Below are positions 26,279 to 36,149 of a DNA stretch of 64,000 bases, in pieces; position 1 is the stretch's first letter; each line of letters starts with the position of its first letter. The position numbers and the translations under genes are program-made. Below the pieces are notes generated by a model. That model was not told the DNA's origin, made no database searches, and saw nothing but the letters and a program-made list of their open reading frames with translations. The DNA is from Candidatus Thorarchaeota archaeon. Its GTDB lineage: Archaea; Asgardarchaeota; Thorarchaeia; Thorarchaeales; Thorarchaeaceae. Location: contig JBHIAE010000004.1 in NCBI GenBank assembly GCA_046758445.1, positions 3,518-67,517 of the forward strand, read 5' to 3'.

Positions 26279-27229
26279 TCACTCTCGTTTTTCTCGTTCT
26301 AGAATCCCGGTCAGACAGCCGATTCCTCCTGCTGCCTTTGCGAGCTCACTGGTTTCGACGGTCTTACACTTGATTCCTACATCCCCATAAAAGGACTGAG
26401 ATGTAGGATTTCCGGCTGCCATGAGGATTCGACCGGGGCCTAGGGTCACAAAGTTCAGAGCCATTCCCTTTGCTGCCTCCTCTTCATCTGGGGCAAAGAC
26501 TAGTGAGTAACCTCTTTCGCGTAATGCGTTCATCGCGGTGTAAGGAGTTCTACCGGATCTGCAAACAGCTAAGTCGCGACCCGGGAATCGCAGGCTGCCC
26601 ATCAGGTGCATAGCTCCATGGGCCAGATCAACAGGAATGGCCTCCACATCCATCTCATGAAGAAGACCGGCTACCTGAGATGCACCCTCTTTGTTGGTGC
26701 GGAGCCCTACGCCAATCAGTACTGTTTCCGGATCTATCCATGCTGCATCGGCTCCCTCGAATGTTCCAGTCCCCCTGACACTGAGCAGAATCGGAATCCC
26801 AAGCTCTGCCAGTCTTCGTGCCACAAATCTCTCTTCGCCGGCACGGACAGTTGAAGCTGGACGCGAAAGGATCACACCTTCAGGTGTCATGAATAGAAGA
26901 TCGGCCATGAACATAAGATTGGAAGGAGGTGTTTCGGGCGGTTCTGCATAGAACACTGATACTCCAACATCCCTATAGGCATCTGCCAAGGCATCATGTT
27001 GTTCACGGACTATGTCGTAGTCGGGAACTTCCAACATCTGAACTCTGTTAGGTTCCGTGATGTCATCCATCTCTTGGCCTGGACAATGTAATATGACTGA
27101 CTTGAGCGGAGCCCACTCTGATTCGACTCCGCACTGACCCCAGACAACTCCGATTTCATCACGCAGAGATTCCTCCCGTGGTGACCAGCCTGCACCCCCA
27201 TAGGCCGAGGCCTTTGACCTTTCTGTCAT
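26279..27229 (-). CDS. amidinotransferase-superfamily protein (DDAH/arginine-deiminase-like)
   Basis: The ~316-aa length, a C-terminal catalytic Cys motif GGIGCLTG, and mid-region motifs (TVLIGVGLRTN) are typical of the DDAH/amidinotransferase fold. Confidence 0.65.
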   Translation of the reverse strand: MTERSKASAYGGAGWSPREESLRDEIGVVWGQCGVESEWAPLKSVILHCPGQEMDDITEPNRVQMLEVPDYDIVREQHDALADAYRDVGVSVFYAEPPETPPSNLMFMADLLFMTPEGVILSRPASTVRAGEERFVARRLAELGIPILLSVRGTGTFEGADAAWIDPETVLIGVGLRTNKEGASQVAGLLHEMDVEAIPVDLAHGAMHLMGSLRFPGRDLAVCRSGRTPYTAMNALRERGYSLVFAPDEEEAAKGMALNFVTLGPGRILMAAGNPTSQSFYGDVGIKCKTVETSELAKAAGGIGCLTGILEREKRE

Positions 27230-27484
27230 TCTTGGACGAACCTTCCTTTACTATGATTGCCAATATCGGGAATACTGCCGACTTGTTGTTATCTCTTCTG
27301 CAAGACAGCTATTGCAGGTCTAATGAAAGGCCCTCGACTGGGGACTACTGATCGTAGGTACTCCATTCAGTGAAAAATGCCCCTCATGTAGAATCATCCG
27401 TTCCAGTCAATAGATGTTATGATCACAAGGCAATCCTTAAGATATGATTCCAGCTCGGCCGGCGCATCGGCGAGCTGAGTTTGA

Positions 27485-27766
27485 ATGGCCTATTGTGTGA
27501 TGATACACGGACCATGCAGAGGGAGAATGTGTGATTTCTGGGCCAGAGTGAGAATCAGGAAATTGGATGAGAATAGACTAATCCTTGATCTTAGGGAGGG
27601 CATATCCAGCTGCAAGGAAGGTAGAGTGGAAGACCTTGAGTCTGCCTTTGCTCAACATTGGATTGATCTTGGGGTGAGGGATATCAGAAGACTGTGTGAA
27701 GAGGAACCGGACCTTTGCTCCAAGATCAGGCACGTTGAAGAACGGGTTCGCCATATGGTCCTCTGA
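27485..27766 (+). CDS. hypothetical small Cys-containing protein
   Basis: A 93-aa ORF in a 500-nt gap, containing six Cys. No family was recognised, so the coding status is uncertain. Confidence 0.25.
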   Translation: MAYCVMIHGPCRGRMCDFWARVRIRKLDENRLILDLREGISSCKEGRVEDLESAFAQHWIDLGVRDIRRLCEEEPDLCSKIRHVEERVRHMVL

Positions 27767-27885
27767 GTGAAGACTTGGAACATGTTGTATAGTCCAGCGT
27801 CAATCACATCAAAAAGAAAAGGATACCAGAGGGGCAGCAGGGAAATCCCACTGCCCGCCTGGTCCTCGACTCTATTGTCCAAATT

Positions 27886-29625
27886 CTAGGGTAGCCAGAA
27901 TGAGGCCATAAGCACCTCGTGGTCCGAGCTCCGCACTCCAGTAGTTGAATCTCCACTCCAGAGAGACTCCGGGAAGTCCACATTGAAGTGAACAATCCTT
28001 GACCTCAGGAACGACCCCCTTAGTGAGGGTGTGATCAGTATGTGATCAAGGACCTCGGAAACTCCACGGTAGATGTAGGTGTACCGACTATACTTGGGAA
28101 CGCGGAGGACTAGGTTCTTCAGTCCACCAGTCTTCAACACCTTCAATGGAGCCTCATTGGTGAACGAGTTGAGATCGCCAATCACTATGACCTTTGCGCG
28201 TCGGTGACTATCCTGAATCTCATCGACCAGTGCTCCTACCCACTCAGCCTGCTGAATACGGCGGGGTTCTGTGTCAGCATACGTGGGACCGTATACCGAC
28301 TTCGACTTGAAGTGGTTGATGATTAGCCATAGGTCTGTGCCAGATCTATGCCTGTGCCATCTGTTCCACCAACTGCACTTGGCCTTGGTCCTGAGATGAA
28401 CCACCAGAGGTGGTCGTGAAAAGAGCGGATTATAGCCCTCAGGACATGGGAAGTTGGGGTCCGTTCCAGGCCCGTAGCCATCATCCAAGTCCGTGCACGT
28501 CTGCCGCGCCTCAGCACTCACAACCTCCACACGATCCAGCTTATAGAGTAGAGCAACGTCAACGGCCCGGTAGTACGGCCCTTCAATGAGTACTACTCCG
28601 TATACTCCGTCGATTGGCGGAGTGTTCGCTAGTCTCTCGAGGATCTCGATGTTCTCCACCTCTTGTACTGCGATTAGATCAGGCATTCTAAGAAGGTCGT
28701 GGATAGCTAGAGCATGCTTTGTGAGCTGCAGCTCGACCTCCCAAAGGGGTGGAGGCGGATCATGCTTGTCCGGGTCATCGAACTCGTCGAAGAGGTTGTA
28801 CATGTTATAGGTGGCAACAGTGAGGCCAAACCTCAATCCGAGCGGCCACACCCAATCAGATTCGGCCCACCATTCGGGTATGACCTCTGGTGGTGCATCT
28901 GGGCTGGGCAGCACCTTGTATTCATCGTAGGTGTAGTCAAGGGGGCCAACGAGATCCTTGATGTAGTTGCCCGTCCTTGCAACGACTTCGTATCCTCCCG
29001 CATCGTCTGTGAAGATTATGTTACCTGTGCCCACAGGGTCATCCTGAAAGACTCGTTTCATGTGTGAGTCTGCGACAACGCCGGCAGCCTCGCCATATTG
29101 GTTAGTGCCAGCAATCGCCCTCATGCATGCAACTGTAACGAGCATTCCCTCCAGTGCTTCATAGTAGACGTCAGATGCATAGTCGTCGCGTGGCGGGTCG
29201 AGCTCAACCGGGTCAGGAAGTGGATTGTCCCAAGACAGTACCGTAACTGAGGGTCCAGACAGTTCAGTCAGGCCATAGTATTCCACGACCTTACCTGATA
29301 GCCAGACCTCATCGCCTACACTCACGTCACTCCAGAAATTCCACACAAAGATACCATCTGAGGTGTCAGGATTGTCATCACCCGCTACATCTTGCACAAA
29401 GAAGCCACTCTTCTCGTAGTAGCCTTGGTATACTGCCGTCACAACACCCCAAGTGTCAACATACTGGTTCTTGAACGGACTGACAAAACCATCGCCTTGG
29501 ATTTCAGGAATGGAATGGTCTGGATTGTCATAGGCTTGAACCATTCCTGGGACAAAGCCTAACGTCATCACAAAAATACTCAGAAAGCAGACTGTGAGTA
29601 GTCTGTGTTTCTTTGTCAGTGTCAT
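27886..29625 (-). CDS. secreted extracellular nuclease, ExeM/NucH-like (endonuclease/exonuclease/phosphatase fold)
   Basis: A signal peptide is followed by IQGDGFVSPF...GVVTAVYQG...GFFVQD. Then comes an EEP domain (TVATYNMYNLFD, IAVQEVEN, IGDLNSF, SDHEVL). Confidence 0.75.
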   Translation of the reverse strand: MTLTKKHRLLTVCFLSIFVMTLGFVPGMVQAYDNPDHSIPEIQGDGFVSPFKNQYVDTWGVVTAVYQGYYEKSGFFVQDVAGDDNPDTSDGIFVWNFWSDVSVGDEVWLSGKVVEYYGLTELSGPSVTVLSWDNPLPDPVELDPPRDDYASDVYYEALEGMLVTVACMRAIAGTNQYGEAAGVVADSHMKRVFQDDPVGTGNIIFTDDAGGYEVVARTGNYIKDLVGPLDYTYDEYKVLPSPDAPPEVIPEWWAESDWVWPLGLRFGLTVATYNMYNLFDEFDDPDKHDPPPPLWEVELQLTKHALAIHDLLRMPDLIAVQEVENIEILERLANTPPIDGVYGVVLIEGPYYRAVDVALLYKLDRVEVVSAEARQTCTDLDDGYGPGTDPNFPCPEGYNPLFSRPPLVVHLRTKAKCSWWNRWHRHRSGTDLWLIINHFKSKSVYGPTYADTEPRRIQQAEWVGALVDEIQDSHRRAKVIVIGDLNSFTNEAPLKVLKTGGLKNLVLRVPKYSRYTYIYRGVSEVLDHILITPSLRGSFLRSRIVHFNVDFPESLWSGDSTTGVRSSDHEVLMASFWLP

Positions 29626-29814
29626 CTTCTTCTCTCTCTCTCCCTTTACGAAATGTCATGACATCCCTCTAGGTTGAATCGTCAGACATCGGATTGCTGT
29701 AGATGTTCACGTGGTATATGTCTGTTATGCCTCAATCTCTCTAAACTTCGGAGACTGGGACTGAATACGGTGAAACCTGGTAGATTTTTGGACGCTGCTA
29801 GTAATGCTTGAACC

Positions 29815-31482
29815 TTACACCTGGCTAAGAGCCTCAGGGACAGCAATCATGTTACCACGATTTAGAAGCCACTTGGAATCCAAAGAGAGCTTCACTGCCT
29901 GCATTTCTTGAATTCCTCTCTTACCATACATGACCTCGAGGAATGCACGCTTGAGCTTGCCTATCCCGTGCTCGGCTGCGACTGTCCCGCCAATCTCTAC
30001 AGCCCTCTTTGCAAAGAGCATGTAGTTGTCCATGCCTTGATGGACCTCCTCGTTGTTCCGAGGAAGCATGTTCACGTGAAGGTGATTGTCACCAATATGG
30101 CCGAAGATGACATATTCCATCCCTTGAGCTTCAAGGGTTTCTCGGTAGAATCTGAGATAGTCACGTAGAGCCTCATCCGGAACAGCCATGTCTGTACCAA
30201 TCTTATGGACCTCGTGGTACTCCGCCTTCCTCTGAGCAATCAGAGCATTCACAGTTTCAGGAACGAAGTGGCGAACTGTCTTCATCTTCTTGAGTTCCGA
30301 CCTGTCCATGCCTGCCCAGCTTGACTCGGAGGAGGTGTTGTTCTTGTTGAGAGCCTCCTCAAGACCCATGACCATCGACTCCATGGTTTCATCCGTGTAC
30401 GAGAACTCGAAGAAGACTATGGCCTTGGTTTCTGGCGACATTGCTGGAACCTTGATTCCTGAAGCGGCTGCCTTCTCCTTTATCATCTCTATTGCATTCG
30501 GACCGAAATACTCTATGAAATTCATAGGAACAGGCGAGTCGGGAGCTCTGACGTCATATACGAAATTAACAGCATCCTCTTCGCCGGGAAAGAATGCCAT
30601 TACGGTCATAATGTTATCTGGCATCTTGATGAGACCAAGTTCAACCTCTGTTATGGCTCCAAGGATTCCCTCACACCCAATGAAGAGATCAATAAGGTCC
30701 ATGTCTGGCTTTGCGAAGAGTCCGGCTGCATTCTTAGTATTTGGCATCTTGTAGCTAGGGATTGGAACCTCAATCATACTCCCGTCGCTAAGTGTTATCT
30801 CGAACTTCCCGTCTTGCGCGAACACCTTCCCCCGTTCGATCTCAAGGATGTCTCCGTTCATCAGTACCACTTGAACTCTACAGACCCAATCGCGCACAGA
30901 TCCATGCCTGAAGGTCCTGGCGCCAGAGGCATTACATGCCACAATTCCACCGAGCCAAGCACTCATTTCGGTGGGGTCAATTGGAAATGTGAAACCGTCC
31001 GATTCTGCAAGAAACTTCTCAAGAGCCTTCTTTTGGTCTGGCGTTCCTTTGCCTTCTAAAGCATCAAGACTCTTCGATGTCACTGCGCTGACCATGTCTT
31101 CTAGCAGCATTCCTGCCTGCGCGCATATAGAGTAGAGTCCATCTTTAGTACTGAAGTCCATATAGAGCAAGTCAGTCATCTTCTCCAGGTTTAAAGTCAT
31201 GCCGCCGAGTGGGACCGCCGCTCCGGTGAGACCAGTTCTCCCACCTTGAATTGTGACTGGTGTTCCGGCTTCATTAGCTTCCTTCAGGATTGCCGCTACC
31301 TGTTCCGTTGAGTCAGGGAATGCTATCTTGTCTGTCTGGCCTTCGAAGGAGTGACTCTCATCGTCGAGGTAGAGAGCATAAGTGTCTGTGATCTCGGTTT
31401 GGTCTGTTGCCACCTTCATTTCAGAGAGGTCTGCGTCGGCAGGTGCCAACGCTTTGATTTGATTCGTCATGATGGGTTTCAC
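29815..31482 (-). CDS. FAD-linked oxidoreductase (GlcD/D-lactate dehydrogenase family)
   Basis: An FAD-binding PCMH domain (FPDSTEQVAAILKEANEAGTPVTIQGGRTGLTGAAVP) precedes a C-terminal FAD-oxidase domain (VAAEHGIGKLK). Confidence 0.8.
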   Translation of the reverse strand: MKPIMTNQIKALAPADADLSEMKVATDQTEITDTYALYLDDESHSFEGQTDKIAFPDSTEQVAAILKEANEAGTPVTIQGGRTGLTGAAVPLGGMTLNLEKMTDLLYMDFSTKDGLYSICAQAGMLLEDMVSAVTSKSLDALEGKGTPDQKKALEKFLAESDGFTFPIDPTEMSAWLGGIVACNASGARTFRHGSVRDWVCRVQVVLMNGDILEIERGKVFAQDGKFEITLSDGSMIEVPIPSYKMPNTKNAAGLFAKPDMDLIDLFIGCEGILGAITEVELGLIKMPDNIMTVMAFFPGEEDAVNFVYDVRAPDSPVPMNFIEYFGPNAIEMIKEKAAASGIKVPAMSPETKAIVFFEFSYTDETMESMVMGLEEALNKNNTSSESSWAGMDRSELKKMKTVRHFVPETVNALIAQRKAEYHEVHKIGTDMAVPDEALRDYLRFYRETLEAQGMEYVIFGHIGDNHLHVNMLPRNNEEVHQGMDNYMLFAKRAVEIGGTVAAEHGIGKLKRAFLEVMYGKRGIQEMQAVKLSLDSKWLLNRGNMIAVPEALSQV

Positions 31483-31636
31483 TCTCAGCTTGATGGTCTA
31501 GGGCCTGTAGTGTCCTCAATATCAAGCATTTGGTATGTTTGGAGCCATGTGATTGTGCAGACGTTTTTTATGACCTGGCTGCATTGTCAATTCCTCTCTC
31601 ATCTGCAGATTACTGCTTGCTAGGTGGTGATGAGGA

Positions 31637-32542
31637 ATGAGGATTGCGGCTCTTTCCGATCTTCACGTTCATCCAGACCAGGGTGATGAGTTCCTTCTTC
31701 AGGAGATTCATCATCGTGTTCAAGAGATTTCTCCAGATGTCCTTGTCATCGCGGGAGACGTGAGCAGCAAGTTGGACATTCTCTCTGATGCCCTATCTAA
31801 GCTCCACATTCCAAATGCAGCTAACCTGTTTGTTTCTGGCAACCACGACATCTGGTTCGAAGAGAAGATTGGACTAGGGTCACTGGAGAAGTATTCTAGG
31901 TACATAGGGGACGTTTGCAGAGAGAATGGGTTCTTTCATCTTCCAGATGCCCCCCACATCGAGGAGGATGTCGCCTTCATCGGTTCTTTGGGATGGTATG
32001 ACTACTCGTTCAGACGCACAGACATGGACATCCCAGAACATGCATACGAGCAGAAGGAGTATGGAGGGAGTGTGTGGTACGATGTGCTCTGCGTCGACTG
32101 GGAGTTTACGGACAAGGAGGCCACTGATCTTTTCAACCAGAAGCTCGAGTATGACCTTTCTGTACTTCCAGACAGTGTTTCCAGAGTAGTCTACGTTTCA
32201 CATCATCTTCCATTCCGTGACCTCACTCTATACAAGAATCGACTTCCTTGGGACTTCTTCTCCGCGTTCATGGGTGCGGCAAGCACTGGCGATATCTTGT
32301 TGAACGACGGGAGAGTTGTCCTAACCATATCAGGTCATAGCCACGTGAGAATGAACAAGACGTTCGATGGCATAACCTCGATTACAGTACCACTTGGTTA
32401 CGGGCGTCCAGCTGACGACGAGATTCCGGAGCTTGCTCAAGCCACAGTCGCCAACATCGAGCTCGTCGACAACACGGTTCAAGTTCATGATTTTGTCGAG
32501 GGAGATATCTGCGAGGGAATGCCATATAGAAATGCCAGATAG
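31637..32542 (+). CDS. calcineurin-like metallophosphoesterase
   Basis: Contains the motifs SDLHVH, AGDVSSK, SGNHD and SGHSHV. Confidence 0.75.
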   Translation: MRIAALSDLHVHPDQGDEFLLQEIHHRVQEISPDVLVIAGDVSSKLDILSDALSKLHIPNAANLFVSGNHDIWFEEKIGLGSLEKYSRYIGDVCRENGFFHLPDAPHIEEDVAFIGSLGWYDYSFRRTDMDIPEHAYEQKEYGGSVWYDVLCVDWEFTDKEATDLFNQKLEYDLSVLPDSVSRVVYVSHHLPFRDLTLYKNRLPWDFFSAFMGAASTGDILLNDGRVVLTISGHSHVRMNKTFDGITSITVPLGYGRPADDEIPELAQATVANIELVDNTVQVHDFVEGDICEGMPYRNAR

Positions 32543-32626
32543 GCTCTCTGATACGACACATTAATGAGCAGGACCCAGACACACCCTACTCAGTTGCCCT
32601 CCTGAAGTCATTCAGTAGGTAGAAGC

Positions 32627-34036
32627 ATGAATGGTGTGAGCACAACAATGAAGATGCCGGGATGGGAAGTCATCGGCGCACTCCTTGTCGCGGTGATGAC
32701 CATCTGTGCACTCGTTTTGACTGCGGTCTTCAGCGAACTCAAAATCCCTGTCCTCATTGTGTTCGTAGGAACATACGTTCTAATCAGTACTGAGAAGGTG
32801 AACAGGACCGCCATGTCACTCTTGGGCTTGGCCATTGTTGGCGTGGTTCTATGGGTTGGCCTTGAGATGGGGCTCGGGGGAGGCGAGGATTTTGAACACC
32901 TGATTGTGGGTATCGATTGGACAACCATCATCTTTGTCATCGCCATGAGCGTCATCGTGTCGGTTTCTGCGGCCTCTGGCCTGTTCCAGTACATTGCACT
33001 CAGGATTGCTGCACCCAGTGCGGGGGACCACAAGGCTCTGTTCACAACCTTCTTGGTTATTGTGGCCAGCATTAGTCTCTTCTTTGATACAGTTTCAACG
33101 ATGCTAATAGCGGCTCCGTTCACAATCGAAATATGCAAGGCCCTCGAGATTGACTTCAAGCCCTTTCTGGTGTCTGAGGCAATAGTGTGCAACTTCTCCT
33201 CGATACCCTCAATCGTTGGCGCAGTGCCAAATCTCGTCATCGCAGGTGTGACTGACCTCGATGTCGGATTCCTGTTTGTTGCATTCATGCCGTTATCCAT
33301 CATTCTGTTCTTGGTCAGCCTTCCGATACTGCACCGTTGGTACGGAAGCAAATTCGGCACATCAGACGAGCATCGGGTAGATGCGATTTTCTCAATCGAC
33401 CCTGAAACAATGATAAAGGACCGCTGGGACTTCAAAGTATCAATAGTTGCCATTGTGTTTCTTGTAATTGGCTTTGCACTTGGCCCGACCTTTGGACTCG
33501 TGCCCCCGATGACTGCGTTGATCGTTGCTTCCATCATGCTCCTGATAGCGCATGAGAGAGCAAATGAGTTCTTGAACCGGATAGGATGGCCAACTGTCTT
33601 CTTCCTAGTGGGCCTCTTTGGTCTAGTTGTAGCCTTGGAAGTCACTGGCCTGATTAATGATCTAGCGCTTCTCGTGGGCGAGATCATAGGCGACAATTCG
33701 GCCTTTGCAACAGTCTTCCTTGTCTGGATACCTGCTATCCTCTCGGCCTTCTTGGACAACCTGCCAGTATCAGCCGTGCTAGCACCGATTGCTCAGCAGT
33801 ACGCCGCTGTCAGCCCTGTACTTCCACTGGCGTTGGTGTTCGCAGTGAACATTGGCGGCTATATCTTCACACCTTTGGGGTCTCCAGCCAATATGGTTGT
33901 AATAGGACTGTCTGAGATTGAACATGATCCGATACCATTCATAGATTTCATCAAGATTGGCACATTACTGGGCATGATTCATCTCATCATTGGTAGCGGA
34001 TATCTCCTGTTAATACTGGCTCTGCTAGGGGGCTGA
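32627..34036 (+). CDS. ArsB/NhaD-superfamily permease (Na+/anion or citrate transporter-like)
   Basis: A polytopic protein with a characteristic internal repeat. The complementary-strand ORF at 32608..33759 is low-complexity and judged spurious. The start may be at MKMPGWEV (32648). Confidence 0.7.
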   Translation: MNGVSTTMKMPGWEVIGALLVAVMTICALVLTAVFSELKIPVLIVFVGTYVLISTEKVNRTAMSLLGLAIVGVVLWVGLEMGLGGGEDFEHLIVGIDWTTIIFVIAMSVIVSVSAASGLFQYIALRIAAPSAGDHKALFTTFLVIVASISLFFDTVSTMLIAAPFTIEICKALEIDFKPFLVSEAIVCNFSSIPSIVGAVPNLVIAGVTDLDVGFLFVAFMPLSIILFLVSLPILHRWYGSKFGTSDEHRVDAIFSIDPETMIKDRWDFKVSIVAIVFLVIGFALGPTFGLVPPMTALIVASIMLLIAHERANEFLNRIGWPTVFFLVGLFGLVVALEVTGLINDLALLVGEIIGDNSAFATVFLVWIPAILSAFLDNLPVSAVLAPIAQQYAAVSPVLPLALVFAVNIGGYIFTPLGSPANMVVIGLSEIEHDPIPFIDFIKIGTLLGMIHLIIGSGYLLLILALLGG

Positions 34037-34216
34037 GTTTTACAAGAACGCTTGGAACACGTCTGATGAGTTGAAGTCAGGGGCATCTTAATTGGCCCAT
34101 TATAGAGCGTCCCAAGCAGACGAGTTATCAAGACGGAGAAATGCACTAGTGGACGTGGTAGCTGCAGTAGTACTGATCGTCTTCGGTGGCACATACATTG
34201 CCATCTCGTCCAGAAA

Positions 34217-35431
34217 GTGAACAGAACCGCTACTGAATTGTTGGGAATGGGAGTAGTCGGGATAATCCTCTGGACACCCGGGACAATAGAGCCTTTCTCT
34301 CAAATCGTGCACGAGATTGAATGGGCGACCATTCTATTTGTGACGGCCATGTTCATTGTCGTCACTATCGCTGCGTCCTCGGGAATGTTTCAGTATCTCG
34401 CAATTGAACTCACTAGGCCCACGCATGGCGAAACGAAGCGCCTATTCGTCGCTCTGCTCGGTTTTGTGTTTATCATCTCCTTGTTCTTTGACACCACCTC
34501 TACGATGCTGATAATGGCACCACTTACGATTGAGCTCTGCAAGGCTCTTGAGATTGATTTCAGACCGTTCCTAATCTCAGAGGCGATTACCAGTAATTTC
34601 GCATCGATTCCTTCAGTTGTCGGTGCAGTGTCCAACCTCATTGTGGCAGACGAGGCATCTGTGGATCCTGCCTTCCTCTTCGAGATTCTAATGCCGCTCT
34701 CTGTCATTCTCTTCGTAGTTTCTGTACCACTTCTGCTCAAGTTCTTCGAGAATCAGCTTGAACCCTCTGAGGAGTATCTTGTTTCACAGACGATGCGCAT
34801 TAGTTCGAAGTATATGATTCGCTCTCGGTCTGACTTCTATCTATCCATTGTCGCGATGTTCACGCTTGTGATAGGTTTCACTCTCGGGCCCGCATACGGA
34901 CTCGAGCCTGCTGTGATTGCAATCACTGTGGCGGCTGCATTTCTGATAGTTTCACGCGAATGGGTAGACGAGATCTTGAAGCGGGTGAACTGGGGCACGA
35001 TATTCTTTCTGGTCGGCCTCTTCGGGCTGATTGCAGCTCTCGAGCTCACTGGGGTGATCGAAATGCTGGGAGCAGGCATACAGGCGTTCATCCAAGGGAA
35101 CGATGTCTTGGGGATAGTTTTCATGACGTGGGTGCCTGCATTGCTCTCAGCAGTCATCGACAATATCCCCATCTCCGCAGTCCTGTCACCTATTGCGGTA
35201 CAGTTCGCTACTCTGAGCCCCCTTCTGCCAGTGGCCTTGATCTTCGCAGTTAACGTTGGTGGCTTCATACTGCCAATTGGATCACCGGCGAACATTCTTG
35301 CATTGGCTCTCTCTGAGAAAGAGCGCAGGCCAATCAGAATGCGGGAATTTGCGAAGATAGGAGCTCCACTTGGGCTCCTGATGCTTGGTATTGGAACTGG
35401 GTGGTTACTCTTGGCAGGAATGTTAGTCTAG
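34217..35431 (+). CDS. ArsB/NhaD-superfamily permease, tandem paralog with its N-terminal helix displaced into another frame
   Basis: Collinear with the upstream paralog from KVNRTA onward. The segment ALVDVVAAVVLIVFGGTYIAISSRK, homologous to the paralog's PVLIVFVGTYVLISTEK, is encoded at 34143..34217 in the +2 frame and ends in a TGA overlapping the GTG at 34217. Confidence 0.55.
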   Translation: MNRTATELLGMGVVGIILWTPGTIEPFSQIVHEIEWATILFVTAMFIVVTIAASSGMFQYLAIELTRPTHGETKRLFVALLGFVFIISLFFDTTSTMLIMAPLTIELCKALEIDFRPFLISEAITSNFASIPSVVGAVSNLIVADEASVDPAFLFEILMPLSVILFVVSVPLLLKFFENQLEPSEEYLVSQTMRISSKYMIRSRSDFYLSIVAMFTLVIGFTLGPAYGLEPAVIAITVAAAFLIVSREWVDEILKRVNWGTIFFLVGLFGLIAALELTGVIEMLGAGIQAFIQGNDVLGIVFMTWVPALLSAVIDNIPISAVLSPIAVQFATLSPLLPVALIFAVNVGGFILPIGSPANILALALSEKERRPIRMREFAKIGAPLGLLMLGIGTGWLLLAGMLV

Positions 35432-35566
35432 AAAGAGGGTGGTGCCCGCCCCCGTCTTGTGCCGCCGGGAGGACAGAACTCAACGGAGACAGGACACCGA
35501 ACAGCTAGTTGTAACTGAATGCTAATTAGGTGTTTGGTAGGGACAGCCACACAAAGAAACAGGGGT

Positions 35567-36070
35567 ATGAGATTGCCAAAGCGTGCTCGTTGTCCACACT
35601 GCGACAGGTTGTTCAATCGTTCTGCATTGGATAATCATGTCATAAAGTGTAGAGCACGACGTAGGGTTGATGGTTCACATCGAGAGATTTCGAGAAGCTC
35701 CACTGTGATAGTTGATGGGAACAACGTAGCCTATCATTTGGCACCTAATGGAAATCCCAGGGTGGCAAACTTGATTCTCGCAAGCCGGAGTCTGACTAGA
35801 GCGGGATATAGACCCATCATAGTAGTTTCAGCTGCCTTGATTCATTCGGTTGACGACCCAGAAGCTCTACAGCAGATGATAGACAACAGAAAGGTCGTTC
35901 AGGCCGCTAGGGGCACCAATGACGACTTGACCATAATTCGCATGGCCCAGCGCAACAATGCTGATGTGGTCAGCAATGACAGATTCCTCGACTGGCGTGA
36001 CAGACATCCATGGCTGGCATCTAGGCTCAAAAGGTACAGAATGACACCATCAGGTATCATCTTGGTCTGA
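35567..36070 (+). CDS. Zc3h12a/N4BP1-type NYN ribonuclease with an N-terminal C2HC zinc finger
   Basis: The zinc finger CPHCDRLFNRSALDNHVIKC is followed by an NYN domain containing VIVDGNNVA, GTNDDLTII and DVVSNDRFLDWRD. These match the catalytic Asp positions of the Zc3h12a-like RNase family. The ATG at 35567 is preferred over the upstream start. Confidence 0.65.
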   Translation: MRLPKRARCPHCDRLFNRSALDNHVIKCRARRRVDGSHREISRSSTVIVDGNNVAYHLAPNGNPRVANLILASRSLTRAGYRPIIVVSAALIHSVDDPEALQQMIDNRKVVQAARGTNDDLTIIRMAQRNNADVVSNDRFLDWRDRHPWLASRLKRYRMTPSGIILV

Positions 36071-36149
36071 GTTCCTGTGTTTCAGCAAAAGCGTTAAAAT
36101 GATACAGGCAAAGCCCTCGTGAAACACTCCTGCTGAGAGGTGAAAGAGT

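Noticed and set aside
32608-33759. 383-aa ORF on the minus strand opposite the ArsB/NhaD permease
   Set aside because: It has Ser/Thr/Arg/Lys-rich low complexity and no homology, whereas the plus-strand product has clear transporter features. It is judged a shadow ORF.
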